DNA from: a bacterium | GTDB taxonomy: Bacteria > Armatimonadota > Zipacnadia > Zipacnadales > Zipacnadaceae | NCBI GenBank assembly: GCA_030603495.1 | Contig: JAUVXR010000002.1 | Location: 75,836 to 139,835, forward strand | Length of the DNA: 64,000 nucleotides | Direction of reading: 5' to 3' | In this document: in pieces, positions 34,912 through 46,298 of the stretch | Numbering within the stretch: position 1 is the stretch's first letter | Layout of the letters: the number at the start of each line of letters is the position of its first letter | The notes under the pieces: model-generated | Seen by the model: the letters and a program-made list of their open reading frames with translations, nothing else | Database searches by the model: none | Told to the model about the DNA's origin: nothing | Translations under genes and position numbers: made by a program

Positions 34912-36771
34912 ATGGAAGGCAGGATAATCGCTGATCGGTACCGGATCGAGAGTCGCATCGGTGAGGGCGGTCTGGCTGTGGTCTACCGCTGCACGGACGC
35001 GACCTTGGACCGCATAGTAGCCATCAAGGTCCTCAAACCTGAGTGGGCCTTGGATGCTGAGGCACTGGCGCGCTTTCGTCGAGAAGCCCGGTCTGCTGCC
35101 CGACTAAATCATCCCCATATCGTCCAGGTATTTGATACCGGCGTGGATGGTGATGTCCACTATCTGGTAATGGAGTATCTGCCCGAGCCAAACCTGAAGC
35201 AGATTATCACCGAGTACGCGCCGCTGCCATCGCGGAAAGTGCTGGAGGTAGCCGTGCAGGTCTGCCGCGCCCTGGCCTACATCCATCAACAGGGCCTAGT
35301 CCATGGTGATATCAAGCCACAAAACATTCTGTTTACGGACCAGGGCCTAGCCAAACTGTCTGACTTCGGCATTGCCGCGGCCGCGGGCAGCGAGAGCGAC
35401 TCGACCTCGGGGATGGTGCTGGGTACCGCCCACTATATCGCCCCGGAGCAGGCGCAGGGCAAGTCAACAGGGCCGCAGTCGGACCTCTACTCACTGGGCT
35501 GCATAATTTACGAGGCTTTCACCGGCCAGACGCCCTTTTCCGGTGAGACTGCAGCCCAAGTAGCCGCCAAGCACGTTCGCCAGCAGCCACCCTCGCCGCG
35601 CATCCTCAACCCGAGCATATCGACCTCCGAAGAGTATCTGATAACCAAGGCGATGACCAAGGACTTGAGCCGCCGCTACCGCTCCGCCGACGAGATGGGC
35701 GCCGACCTGGTCAAACTCGCGTCCGGCCAGGAGTTGGACCGCACCGGCGTGCTGTCCCTGGAGGACCAAGCCACAATGCCGATGCGCCCGACGCCAGCAC
35801 CACCGGAGCCGGCGGCGGCAGGAAGCCAAGCACCCGCACCAGCGCCGCTGCGCCGCGAACCGCAGACCGATGCCACTGTAATCTGGAGCACCGTCACCGT
35901 AATTGTCCTGGCGCTGGCCGCGCTCGTGCTATTCGGCTGGTTGATGAAGAGAGCCTTCTACCCGGGAGCCCCGCCCGCGGAGGTGCAAGTGCCCTCGGTC
36001 CGCGGGCTGACCGAGGCCGAAGCCCGCCAGCGATTGGTGGACGCCAAGCTCGAGGTTGTCGTCAGCCGACCCGAGCAAGATCCAACGAAGCCGGTGGGGC
36101 AGATCATTGACCAGTATCCGATGGAGGGCCAATCAGTCCCAGTGGGCACAAAGGTGCGGCTCACCGTCAATCTAGGCGTGGAAGAGGTCACTGTGCCCGA
36201 CGTGGTGGGGCTGTTGTATCGTCAGGCCGTAGTCAGGCTCGAACAGGCGGGACTGAGTGTGGGAGAATTGGATGAAAGGCATAGCGACGAGGTTCCCGAA
36301 GACAGAATCATTCGGCATTCGTCACACGCCCCGGGCACGCGCGTTGACAAGGGCACGCCAATTGACCTGGTCGTCAGTAAGGGGTCCGAGCCAGACGAGC
36401 CCGCTGAACCAGCGGAGACGGCCGAGCTCGTCGAGGAACCTATTGAGGACGATGAAGAGTTCGTGCCCAACGACCCCCATGTCAGCATCAGCGTGGACGA
36501 AACCAGCATCTCGGCGGACGGCATGGAGCGCGATTACATTGTCAGTATCACCGTACTGGGCCAGAAGGAACAGCAGGAGATCAAGGTAATCAAACGCGAT
36601 GCGACCGGCAGCCCAATAATTGAGCTCAACGAGACGATGAAGCCGGGTCAGGCGAAGGGGCTACGGATTACCGGCCGCGGCAATACGACCATACAGGTCT
36701 ACCACGATGGTGAGCTTATCAAGCAAGAGCACTTCACCGTCGAAGCGCCAGTGAGCAACAACAACGAGTAA
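34912..36771 (+). CDS. pknB: PASTA-domain Ser/Thr kinase (PknB/Stk1-like)
   Basis: Kinase domain, TM, two PASTA repeats (VPSVRG, VPDVVG); GGAGGTG SD before ATG 34912. Confidence 0.92.
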   Translation: MEGRIIADRYRIESRIGEGGLAVVYRCTDATLDRIVAIKVLKPEWALDAEALARFRREARSAARLNHPHIVQVFDTGVDGDVHYLVMEYLPEPNLKQIITEYAPLPSRKVLEVAVQVCRALAYIHQQGLVHGDIKPQNILFTDQGLAKLSDFGIAAAAGSESDSTSGMVLGTAHYIAPEQAQGKSTGPQSDLYSLGCIIYEAFTGQTPFSGETAAQVAAKHVRQQPPSPRILNPSISTSEEYLITKAMTKDLSRRYRSADEMGADLVKLASGQELDRTGVLSLEDQATMPMRPTPAPPEPAAAGSQAPAPAPLRREPQTDATVIWSTVTVIVLALAALVLFGWLMKRAFYPGAPPAEVQVPSVRGLTEAEARQRLVDAKLEVVVSRPEQDPTKPVGQIIDQYPMEGQSVPVGTKVRLTVNLGVEEVTVPDVVGLLYRQAVVRLEQAGLSVGELDERHSDEVPEDRIIRHSSHAPGTRVDKGTPIDLVVSKGSEPDEPAEPAETAELVEEPIEDDEEFVPNDPHVSISVDETSISADGMERDYIVSITVLGQKEQQEIKVIKRDATGSPIIELNETMKPGQAKGLRITGRGNTTIQVYHDGELIKQEHFTVEAPVSNNNE

Positions 36772-36820
36772 TGGATGTCTACAAGTGTAGGCACAGCATT
36801 CCCCAAGGAGTGATGAATCA

Positions 36821-37588
36821 ATGACCAGACCATCGGTGCCAGGATCCGCGGTCATAAGCCTTATAACGATTGTGGCCATAGTCTTGCCAATCTACGCGGC
36901 CGAGCCGATTGCTGCGGGCGCCACCAACATCGCTGCCGCAGAAAACGGTGGGCATATCGTGGCCTTCTCCAGCCAAGCTCTGGACGAAAACGGCAGAGTA
37001 ATGCCGGAGTGGCAGGTAACAAACCTGATTGACGGCAAGCACGTAGTGGGCAACTACACTCCCGCCGAGTCCTACGGCTGGTCCTCGCAAAGCGCTCCCT
37101 CCGAGGAGAATCCCGAGTGGATAATCATTGGCTTTGCGGAGGAGCGAACCCGGCTGCTGCGCCGGATCGTGATCGACCCGCAAACTGACGACCCGTCGTT
37201 CATCGGCCGGTGGGTGCGGTGGTTCCAACTCCAGGTCTCCACCACTACCCGCGACGGTCCCTACAAAACTGTGGGCAGCTTCCTGGTGGACAACCGGTCG
37301 GTGCAGCAGGCCTTTGACTTCATGCCAGTTGAGGCCCGTTACGTTCGTATCCTTGTCACCACCAACCACGGTTCGGACAAATGCGTGGAGATGGGCGAGG
37401 TTGCGATATACGAGGCCATCGTGGCCGACAGCGTCATTGACGACTTGATCATCCGCCTGGAAAACTTGCTTGGCGAACTCAAGCGCTACCGCGATTTCCA
37501 GCTCTACCAGCAGGAGCAACAGAGCCTGGAGGCTGCGACGACGAAGCCTGAGCCGCCTGCGGGCACAACCGGCGCCGGCGGCGACTAA
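36821..37588 (+). CDS. Exported discoidin/F5-8-like domain protein
   Basis: Signal peptide, NIAAAENGG, NLIDG, W, ARYVRI, EVAIY. Confidence 0.8.
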   Translation: MTRPSVPGSAVISLITIVAIVLPIYAAEPIAAGATNIAAAENGGHIVAFSSQALDENGRVMPEWQVTNLIDGKHVVGNYTPAESYGWSSQSAPSEENPEWIIIGFAEERTRLLRRIVIDPQTDDPSFIGRWVRWFQLQVSTTTRDGPYKTVGSFLVDNRSVQQAFDFMPVEARYVRILVTTNHGSDKCVEMGEVAIYEAIVADSVIDDLIIRLENLLGELKRYRDFQLYQQEQQSLEAATTKPEPPAGTTGAGGD

Positions 37589-37631
37589 CCATCCATACAG
37601 GTCCTGACTACGCAGCACAGCGCTAAATGAT

Positions 37632-37671
37632 AGCCAGGGTTAGCCGGTGACTATACGGTCTAACCCTGGCT
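37632..37671. terminator. Hairpin between convergent genes
   Basis: AGCCAGGGTTAG-N16-CTAACCCTGGCT, perfect 12-bp arms. Confidence 0.55.
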
Positions 37672-37714
37672 GCGTGGTGGACGTCGGCGCAAGCGGCCCG
37701 TGGGGTAGCTGGTT

Positions 37715-38664
37715 CTACCAAGCCTGGCGGTAGATCTCCTCGACCAACTCCATCGTCTTGATCGCGTCCTCGAACGAGGCAATCGGCTGGGTGCCGGACT
37801 TCACGCAGTCAATGAAGTAGCGGTTCTCATCGAAGAAACCGTAGTAGCGGTAGTGCTCATCACTGTCGGCGAACTGCTGGGCATCGAGCCTCTCAACGAA
37901 CTCCTCGCCATTGATGTGGATCACAGATTCATAGTCACCATTGATGAAGGCTGAGGCACCGTCGGTGTGCAGCTCGAACTGGTGGACGCGGGCACCAGCG
38001 CGCCAATTGGCCAGCAGTACCCCCACGCAACCGTTATCGAACTGAACCAGCGCCGTGAAGCTGTCGTCGAAGTCGCAGTGCACTTTCCGCACTGAGCTGG
38101 CCACCCGGGTCACCTCGCCGCCGGCCAGCCAGCGCAGCGTATCAACGGCGTGCACGGCATCACACGATAGTATGGGCCCTGAGCGTCAGGGTGACACTTG
38201 TAGAAGGTAGACACCACCTGCTGGACCCGGTCGCTGTGTGCCAGGACCTTCTCCCGGCAGTGGGTGAGCACGGGAATGAAGCGACGGTTCCAGCCGACCA
38301 TGCCGATTACGTCGTTTTTCTCAGCATACCTTGCCATCCACGTAACCTGATGGGCAGTTATGCCCGGAGGCTTCTCGACAAAGATGTTAAGGCCCATCTC
38401 CAGGCAGTCAATGGTCAGGTCGTAGAGGTGGTGCGGCGGCATTATAATGTAGATTGCATCCGGCTGGGTCTCTTCCACCATTGCTCGATAATCCGTGAAG
38501 CGGCCCTCGACACCGTAGCGGTCAGCGGTTGCCTCCAAGCGCTCCGTATTAAGATCGCATATCCCCACCAGATCAACATCATCCATGTCGGCTAAAGATG
38601 GATAATGTACAGCAGTGGCCATACCACCGGCACCAATGAAACAGACTCGTACTTGGTCGCTCAT
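37715..38664 (-). pseudogene. Gfo/Idh/MocA oxidoreductase, frameshifted
   Basis: IGAGGMA, EKPP, GWNRRF in one frame; CDAVHAVDTLRW in another; junction near 38165. Confidence 0.85.
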
Positions 38665-39002
38665 GTTGGCCCTCTTTCGAGATTGTTGCACAAGCTACCT
38701 CTCACAATTGAGACAGCACGATATTCAGTTTTTTTGAAGCCATAGTTCTGGCATTACTTATCCAGTTTCTTGGTCTAGTTGTGGTTCAGGCGCTTTCTAA
38801 GCGATATGTCACGGGCACCATTTCAGCCGTCGTAGCCGTAGGCTACTATGGCGAAGTCGGCCTGGTTGTTTGTCGTCGTCCCGCGATGTGTCTCGCTGCC
38901 TATCACCTCCTCAGCCTACCGCCGGACATAGCTTGCCGCTGGTTCGGCACAGTCCGGCGCTCAATAGTCTGACTATCTTCTGGCAATTGACCACGATACA
39001 CG

Positions 39003-39260
39003 TCAGCACCACTTGCCCTCTAACTTTAGCCAGGCCCCAGTAGCGCACCTTCCCCAGTGCTTACTTTCAAAACTCATGCTGTTATGAGCGTGCTTGGCAC
39101 GGGCGTTGCGTTGAGCGAAGTGGGTGTCTAAAGTGCGGCGTCGCTCAACTGGGTCTTCGAAGTTCCTACCGAAAAGCACGCGGCGTTTGGTCTGGTTGAA
39201 GATCGCTTCCACCGGGTTCAGCCATGGACTGTAAGTGCATAAGGGGAACAGGAATATCAC
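39003..39260 (-). mobile_element. IS630-family transposase C-terminal remnant
   Basis: LCTYSPWLNPVE (LPxYSPxLNPIE motif). Confidence 0.75.
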
Positions 39261-39553
39261 CGGGCGGCGCGCAAGCGCTGCGCCGCAGAAGTCCCGGAGG
39301 GCCGCGGCCGAAGCTGTCGCCGCAACTCGTGCTGATTGGGTTCGCCCAGAAACTTGAAGTACAGTTGGGGCACTTCCGCCACTTCGTACACCGCGTCCAT
39401 ACCTTTCTCAGGATCAAGAAAGCCACCGTACTGTAAATCGACGTGATACCTATCGGTCGGCGTCTCCGCGCACGCCGCAAGGATCAGCCCCCGTGCGCCC
39501 GAGAATCCAGCGTTGTCGAGTATTTCGTCCAGCTCAAGCTCAGATGTACGCAT
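39257..39553 (-). pseudogene. Truncated N-terminus, possibly of an N-6 DNA methylase/RM protein
   Basis: GAAGGGGA SD; DAVY....PQLYFK pattern; ends at the IS630 remnant. Confidence 0.35.
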
Positions 39554-40092
39554 CAGGTGTCCCCTTCCGGCGCATTGCTACGTGTTGCCGTCCGGATTCT
39601 CGTCCATCGCTTGATACACATTATAGCATATATGTTCTAATACGACAACCACTTCGCTTCGCGTTTCGCCAGGAGCCCGAAGTATAGTACGCTGGTCTTA
39701 CGCATGCCCCGCTCTGGTATTCCCTGCAATCTGCGGCATTCCCTCCTGCACTCCAGCGGGGGCGACGCCCGGCCCGGGGTGACCATGACCTAAAGCGGCG
39801 AAGGATCGGTAGTCTTGCCTATACCCAGGCGAGACTGTCTCTGCTATCGCCTAAGAGCTGTCATATTTGTTCAATTCGGGGCAGAAGCTTCTTCATAACT
39901 GTTCCAATCTCGGGTTGTGTTAGCCAAATGATCCGCAGCAGGAGAAATCGGTGCAGGAAACAAAGAATGTTAAACGCAGCAACAGAGGATATGGGAAATG
40001 CCAGGTATAGTAAAGTGCAATGTCTGCCTAACGCAAACGAGCCGGATGAAGTTCCTTCTGTCGTAGATCTTCAGCGAGAATGATAGCAGCAC

Positions 40093-42539
40093 ATGCCAAT
40101 TTGCCACGAGAGGAGTGCCGGCGTCTTGATCACCATAAATAGACAATTCTTCCGTTGCCCCACGTGTATCGTTGTATATTGTGTGATCCTTGTGGGTGGT
40201 GCCACCAGCATAGCTTCAGCGTATGAGGTCGCGCCCGGGCTTGACATGCAGCGGTTGACCGAGGACGGGAAGTCGTATACCGAGCGGGGCATGGGATTTG
40301 CCCCCCAAGGCGACAGCATCGTATTATACAAAGAGGTCACGAAGTCGCAACGCGAGCTATGGTTGATCAAGGCTGACGGCACCGAGACGCAAGCTATCAG
40401 TCCTGTGGGGTGGCCCACGATTGCCGGATGGTCACCTGATGGGAGCAAAGTAGGTTACGTCTTTGCCAACAATAACGATCCCGAGAGCGAAGCTTCCATT
40501 TGCGTGTACGATACGGCTACCAGTGAGACTACGAGGATTGCGGGAGGCTACTAGCTACGTGATTTTGGTGCGGGGTGCAACGCGCCTCCCATCTGGGCGC
40601 CCGACGGCAGCCACCTGGCCTATCAGATTCATGACCGCCAGCGCGAAGCGTGGTTCTTGTGGGTCTTTCCCGCCGATGGTGGCACACCCGCGCGCCTTGG
40701 GGGCAACCTGGCAGGGACGAAAGCTTTCGATACGAACGGATCTTGGTCTCCCGATGGTCACGAGATCGCCTTCGTTGCGTACCCGTCGGAAGGATCAGAA
40801 ACAGAGATCTACCGGTGCAAAATAGACGGCACTGGCCTGTTCAAGATCACCGACGACCGACGAGATTGTGGCGAACCCAAGTGGTCACCAGATGGAGAGT
40901 GGATCGTCTTCTTCTCTGCCAAAGACCGACTGCCTGAGGAAGTGCGTATGGGCTGGAAGTGGAATCTGCTCCTCGTGCGCCCGGATGGCACCGAAGAGCA
41001 CACTATTCTCAGCGGGAACAGCCAGACCACCGAAGGTCGAGCAACGTACGTACACCCAGAATGGTCTCCTGACCAGAGCTTCGTTGTTTGCCATGGTAGC
41101 GTTCGAGATAGGGATGATCACTCTTACAACGGTACGTATCTGGTTGACTGGCAGCAATACACGTCTGAGCCCAAGCTCATACTGGGGCACCACTTGGAGA
41201 TAGGAATCAGAACTGGGGCCATGATTGGGCGATATCACCTGATTCGAAGAAGGTCTTCCGCCACGGCTCGACAAGCGTTCTTCGGGGAACAGGACGCGAA
41301 GCGCAAGACACCGATTACGGCGGCCGCCTCGAAGTGTACGACGTCGCCACCGGCGAGGTTGCCAAGTTGATCTCCTACCGTGAGGAAAAGGACCCTTACT
41401 ACCTGTACGGGGCAGAAATAACTAATGACGCCGAATCATGGGCACCGGACAGTAGGTGGATACTAATATGCCAAGCGAAAGTCATTAGCTGGGAGCAAGA
41501 GCAATTCGAGCCCGACTTGTACGTACTGACTATTCCAGGGGCAGCGGAAGCCGAAGAGGCCACCCCCGGCGCTGAGACGCCTCCTGCCGAAGCGAGCCTT
41601 CCCGCGCCGCTGAGTGCCCATCTGATCCGCCCCAAGTACCTGACCGTGGAGCAAGTACTCGCAGTCATTCCTCAAGAATACCAGTCACATATTCAGGCAG
41701 AGCCGGAGCGGAACATATTGATGGTCACGGGGGGTGCTGAATTCACCGAACAGATTCGAGAGTATCTGGCAGCAATCGACGTCCCGGCACCACAAGTGAC
41801 ACTTGATGTGTTAGCCACAGAGATGTCGAAGCAAGCCAGCCGTGACCTGGGGCTGGATTGGAGCTACGCCAAAGGGCGTTTCGGAGCGTACCTTCCGATT
41901 GGGGACCTCGGGTTGGGACAGGCTGTCTATCAAGGGGTGGGCAAGCTTGACGAGGAGTTCTTCGTGGCCCTGAACGCACTCGAGGAGAAGGGTGCTGCGA
42001 CCGTCTACGCCAATCCGCGTCTTGCTGCAATCAGCGGGAAGTCCGCCGAGTTAAGAATCCGCCGGGTCAAGTACTACTTCTACACCCAAGGATACGATGC
42101 ACAGGGCAACCCAATCATTCGGCAGAGTGACATTTCCGCGGACATCACTGGCAAGATTACTCCTCGGGTTGTGGGGGATGGACACATACTGATCGATATT
42201 GAGGTGGGTGTTGGCAACTTCATCTTTACCTCAGCTAGCACCTTGCCTGACGTCACCACTCGGGATGTTAAGGCTAACGTCGCTGTGAACGAAGGGGAGA
42301 CCATCATGATCGGCGGTCTTGTGCTTCGGCAGCAAACACGTGCCGTCAGCAAGACCCCCATATTGGGTGACATCCCGCTGATTGGCAACTTGTTCCGCAA
42401 GAGCCATTGGGATACCGAGGAAACGGTCCTGACGATCTTTATCACACCCTACATCGGCTTGCGACCTGAGCAGACTGCCGAGTCTGAGGGCCACGAGAAC
42501 TTGCGCCCTCCAAGACTGGGCAAGACTAGTGGTGGTTAG
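40093..42539 (+). pseudogene. TolB-like (PD40) beta-propeller fused to a secretin domain; one in-frame TAG and one frameshift
   Basis: Repeated WSPDG; TAG 40552 in frame with the downstream ORF; frameshift at GGGG 41184-41187; secretin motifs PQVTLD, NPRL, GETIMIGGL, PILGDIPLIGNLF, IFITP. Confidence 0.85.
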
Positions 42540-42541
42540 CA

Positions 42542-42694
42542 TTGCCTGCAAGCGTACGCCCTTGGTCTCTGCGCAGCATCCAGGTCAAGCTGATCAAGAT
42601 CGGGGCCAAGGTAGTTCGCCACGCCCGACAGGTAATTTTCCAGATGGCGGAGGTGGCGGTATCCAAGGAGCTCTTTGAGCAAGCACTGGCGTGA
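42542..42694 (+). mobile_element. IS1380-family transposase C-terminal remnant
   Basis: WSLRSIQVKLIKIGAKVVRHARQVIFQMAEVAV. Confidence 0.8.
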
Positions 42695-42773
42695 ATCTGG
42701 GCCTTAGCGCCTGGCACCGGTGACGGTGCGGCCGACGCCCGCGTTACTGATAGCCACTGTCTCACCCACCCAG

Positions 42774-43150
42774 CTACAAACTCAGCCCCAGTTGGTGCTT
42801 AGCAACAAGCAAAGCCTCCCGGGCCCCCTCGGTCTCCTCACAAAGCTCATCGAACATACCCGGTCTTAACTCAGCATTGCGGGAGAGGGGGAGAGAAGAG
42901 TAGCGCTGCTCTTGAAGGACCTGAGCGGCCAGTACCCTCGCGCGGATCACGGCGGAAGGCTCACCGGAAGGGGGGGAGAAGACCTCCTCATCGGAAAGCG
43001 GGGGAACCCACACTCTCAGGTCAATGCGATCCCAGATAGGCCCGGACATCTTAGCGACATACTTTTGGCGCTGAGACCTGGTGCAGCGGCACTCGATACA
43101 AGGATGACCCCAGTACTCCAATGGGGGCCTACAGCCACAAGGATGCCCAC
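42774..43150 (-). pseudogene. comM: YifB/ComM Mg-chelatase-like ATPase internal fragment
   Basis: CRC...Y..KMSGPIWDRIDL...SAVIRARV..A...Q..RY...NAEL...LGLS. Confidence 0.8.
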
Positions 43151-43435
43151 GACAGAAATCGTCAAAAACCGGCCAGAATGCCCCTTACGCACGTCAGGCG
43201 GCGATTTGGTAAATTGGCATCCGCTACCACCAGATAGCCCCCCCGCCAGGTCGCCCGCTGGGGTGGGGGGAAGATGGTGCACAGAGGGGGGTGAGTGGGG
43301 TGAGGGGGCAAGGGTGAAGAGTAGGTGGGGAGGGTAAGCAACGGGTGATTTGGTTGTGATATTGGAACAAGAATGGGATAAATAGGGGCAGCATCAGAAT
43401 CAGAAGTAAACAACGGTGTAGAACCAGGAGCAGAC

Positions 43436-43549
43436 TTGAAACCGGAGCAGCGTCAGGAGCTGGTGATCAAGCGCAGACAGCGAGGCTGAAGCCTGAGGAG
43501 GATCGGTGAGGAGGTAGGTGTTAGCTACGAGACGGTTCGCGGGGACTTA
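43436..43549 (+). pseudogene. Helix-turn-helix remnant
   Basis: LKPEQRQELVIKRRQRG*SLRRIGEEVGVSYETVRGDL. Confidence 0.55.
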
Positions 43550-44550
43550 TCAACTGTCAGGAGATTGGCAGTTGACTTCCTCGAGCGCACCGTAGGCAAG
43601 GATGGCAGGTCCCGCCCAGGCATGAGTATATACTTGCGTGTACGTTTCCAGGCATGTTTTCTTGTCACAGGGAGGAAAGAATCGGGGGACCTGCTTCGAT
43701 CCTGTGAGTATCCACACCGGACGTCAATACGCGGTGGGCGATATCTATACATATTGGGCACGGTCAGTTGCCGTCAGAACCTGTTGTGAGCAAACGCAAT
43801 ACGTGACAGCACAGGGCGGACAACTGGCTCGTTGTTGCCCCTTGCGCACGGCTGAAAGTCGGCCGCTTTACCACCACGAGCAATGGCCGCGTCGGTTCTT
43901 GCCTTATGACTGCGTCATAAGGCAATCCCCAGCAACATCCCTAGCCCAGACGGGCACATGACCAGGATTATCACCCTTCGGCTTGGCATGACAAAGCCGA
44001 CTATGCTGCTGAGGAAGAAGAAGCGAACAGGAACGTTGGGGGAAGAGCAGGGGAATCCATGTAGCACTTCAATACGTGGCAACAAGTAAGCCGAGTTCTG
44101 GGCTCAAAATCCCTAGTTATCCGCCCATTTTCGGGCTCATAGTGGGTGCATAATTGGTGATATTATCCCACTTTCCCGGAATCCTGCAACCTCGCTTACG
44201 CCATCTACTGTATTCCCCGCCACCTATTGAGAAACCTTCTTTTTCACCGAAATCCAGCACTAACATCTCTCATCCAAATCCGCCTCGGATGAAGCGGCGA
44301 CCATCTGAAGTCGGTTGAAGCTGCTGGCTGCTAAACCGCGTTCATCTATTGACGTGAGATAAGCACAGCAACAAGAGCCGGGCAATAGGCAAGAAGTTGG
44401 CCGACTATTTGAAGGAAGGATTGAAATTCCGCTGGCTCCCCGGGACCCCCCAAAATCCGAACTTTCCCCCCTTTAGTTAACATAATACTGTACCTAAAGC
44501 CGGAATTTGTCCGAAATGGGCGCCCTGAACGTCTGGGCTACTGCTATGCC

Positions 44551-44760
44551 CTGACCGTCGCAACATTCTCAGCACCGCCCGAAACACGCAGAGTTAGGAG
44601 AGAGACGCCTCTGGAAAGGGCTCAGCGATTCCAGCGGATGCTCGACTCTGGCCAGGTCAGGAATAGAGCAGATCTCGCCAGGACGCTCGGTTGCTCAAGG
44701 GCGTGGGTGACCAAGGTCCTGCGCACCCTTGCCTACAGCGATGCGGGCTCCTCTCCGTGA
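44551..44760 (+). pseudogene. Small HTH protein fragment of the type found in integrated elements (start unclear)
   Basis: PLERAQRFQRMLDSGQVRNRADLARTLGCSRAWVTKVLR. Confidence 0.6.
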
Positions 44761-45260
44761 ACGGGACTCGGTGGCTGCTGTGGAACTTGCCCACTTCGGG
44801 GAGACGGCCGCTCACCAGGCTGGGGCCGTGGCTTGTCCACTGACCGCTATGGCTTTCGCCGGGCTCGCCGCCGTGGTCTGCAGCACGTATCCCGAGGTCC
44901 GAAAGCCATCTTGTCAGAGCGAATAGAATTCCGAAGAAGAAGTCAAGACTGTCACTGACAGCCTATACACCGTGCCATCCCGTCCTCCCCAACTGCGCAG
45001 ATCAGTCCTGGGACCTTACGGGGCACAGCGCCGTCCTATATCGGATAAAGCTGCTATTTGGTCATTCCGCGGCGGTCAGTTCCCTCCATGATCTTCCATC
45101 CACACTAGAGACTAATACTCTTGGTCCATTACGGCAGAAACCGCTGATGCTGTCGCCGCGGGCAAAGCGACAAACGGTCAATGTCGAGTATCTCATCCGG
45201 GCCCGCTGCTTCCGGCACGCAACGAGGACACACTTTAGATCGGCTCCCGCAGGGGGATGC

Positions 45261-46298
45261 TCAGAAGCAATGTACGGCGGAGCTCTTGAAGGTGCAATAC
45301 AGTTCAGTGCCCACGTCTATACCCAGAACATTGAATGACTCGTACGTGACGAGGGCCGTTAGGCTCAATGCACCGCTGGATATGCGCACCGCCAGCAGAG
45401 GGCCGGAATTCTCCCATTCTTCCACTGTACAGCGGAACTGATTCCGCGCGCTGGAATCAAAGGGCTGGCGGGACAGCAAAATCTCCTCAGGCTTGATCCA
45501 CATGTGAGATATGGACTCGTCAGCCAAAGCCGCGTGAATCTCCACTCCGCCGGCGCGACATATGCCTTGGCTAGCAGAATCCACTGTCATGATGTTCCGC
45601 ATACCGAGGAATTCGGCGACCTCCGGGTGGGAGGGCGAGCGGAACAACTCCTCGGGGGTGGCGACCTGGCGAATGCAGCCCCCCAGCATCACCCCGATGC
45701 GGTCAGCCAGATACAGGGCGTCATCAGGGTCGTGGGTCACGTGCAGGAAGGTGGTGCCGGTGTGTTGGTGAATGCGCCGCAGCTCATGGCGCAGTCGCGC
45801 GCGCAGGCCGACATCCACAGCCGCGAGGGGCTCGTCCAGCAACAGCATGCGCGGACGCGGGGCCAACGCCCGGGCCAGCGCTACGCGCTGCTGCTCACCG
45901 CCGGACAGAGCACCAGTATGGCGATTCAGTAGGGCAGCGATGCCCAGCGTCTCAGCCAGAGCGCGGATCCGCCCCGCAGCTTCCCGCGACTTGACACCCC
46001 GCGCCCGCAGACCGTAGGCAATATTCCCGGCGACGGTGAGGTGGGGAAAGAGAGCATAATCCTGATAGACGACGGCGAAGTCACGGGCTTCCGGGGGGCT
46101 GGTTGTGATGTCCTGGCCTTCGCAGAGGATCCGGCCGGCATCCGGAGCCATAAACCCGGCGACCATTTCAATGAGAACCGTCTTCCCCTCCCCGGAAGGC
46201 CCCAACAGGACGAAGTACTCCCCCGGATTCAAACGCAGATTAAGCTCAGCGATGGTGAATAAGCCCAAACGCTTGCAGAGGGATTCAAGTTCAAGCAT
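45261..46298 (-). CDS. wtpC: Tungstate/molybdate ABC transporter ATPase (WtpC-like)
   Basis: GPSGEGKT, LSGGEQQR, LLLDEP, C-terminal TOBE (SARN...FKSSAV). Confidence 0.88.
   Translation of the reverse strand: MLELESLCKRLGLFTIAELNLRLNPGEYFVLLGPSGEGKTVLIEMVAGFMAPDAGRILCEGQDITTSPPEARDFAVVYQDYALFPHLTVAGNIAYGLRARGVKSREAAGRIRALAETLGIAALLNRHTGALSGGEQQRVALARALAPRPRMLLLDEPLAAVDVGLRARLRHELRRIHQHTGTTFLHVTHDPDDALYLADRIGVMLGGCIRQVATPEELFRSPSHPEVAEFLGMRNIMTVDSASQGICRAGGVEIHAALADESISHMWIKPEEILLSRQPFDSSARNQFRCTVEEWENSGPLLAVRISSGALSLTALVTYESFNVLGIDVGTELYCTFKSSAVHCF

Noticed and set aside
40552-40554. In-frame TAG as pyrrolysine or programmed readthrough
   Set aside because: The same gene has a second lesion, lies among pseudogenes, and no pyl genes are in view.
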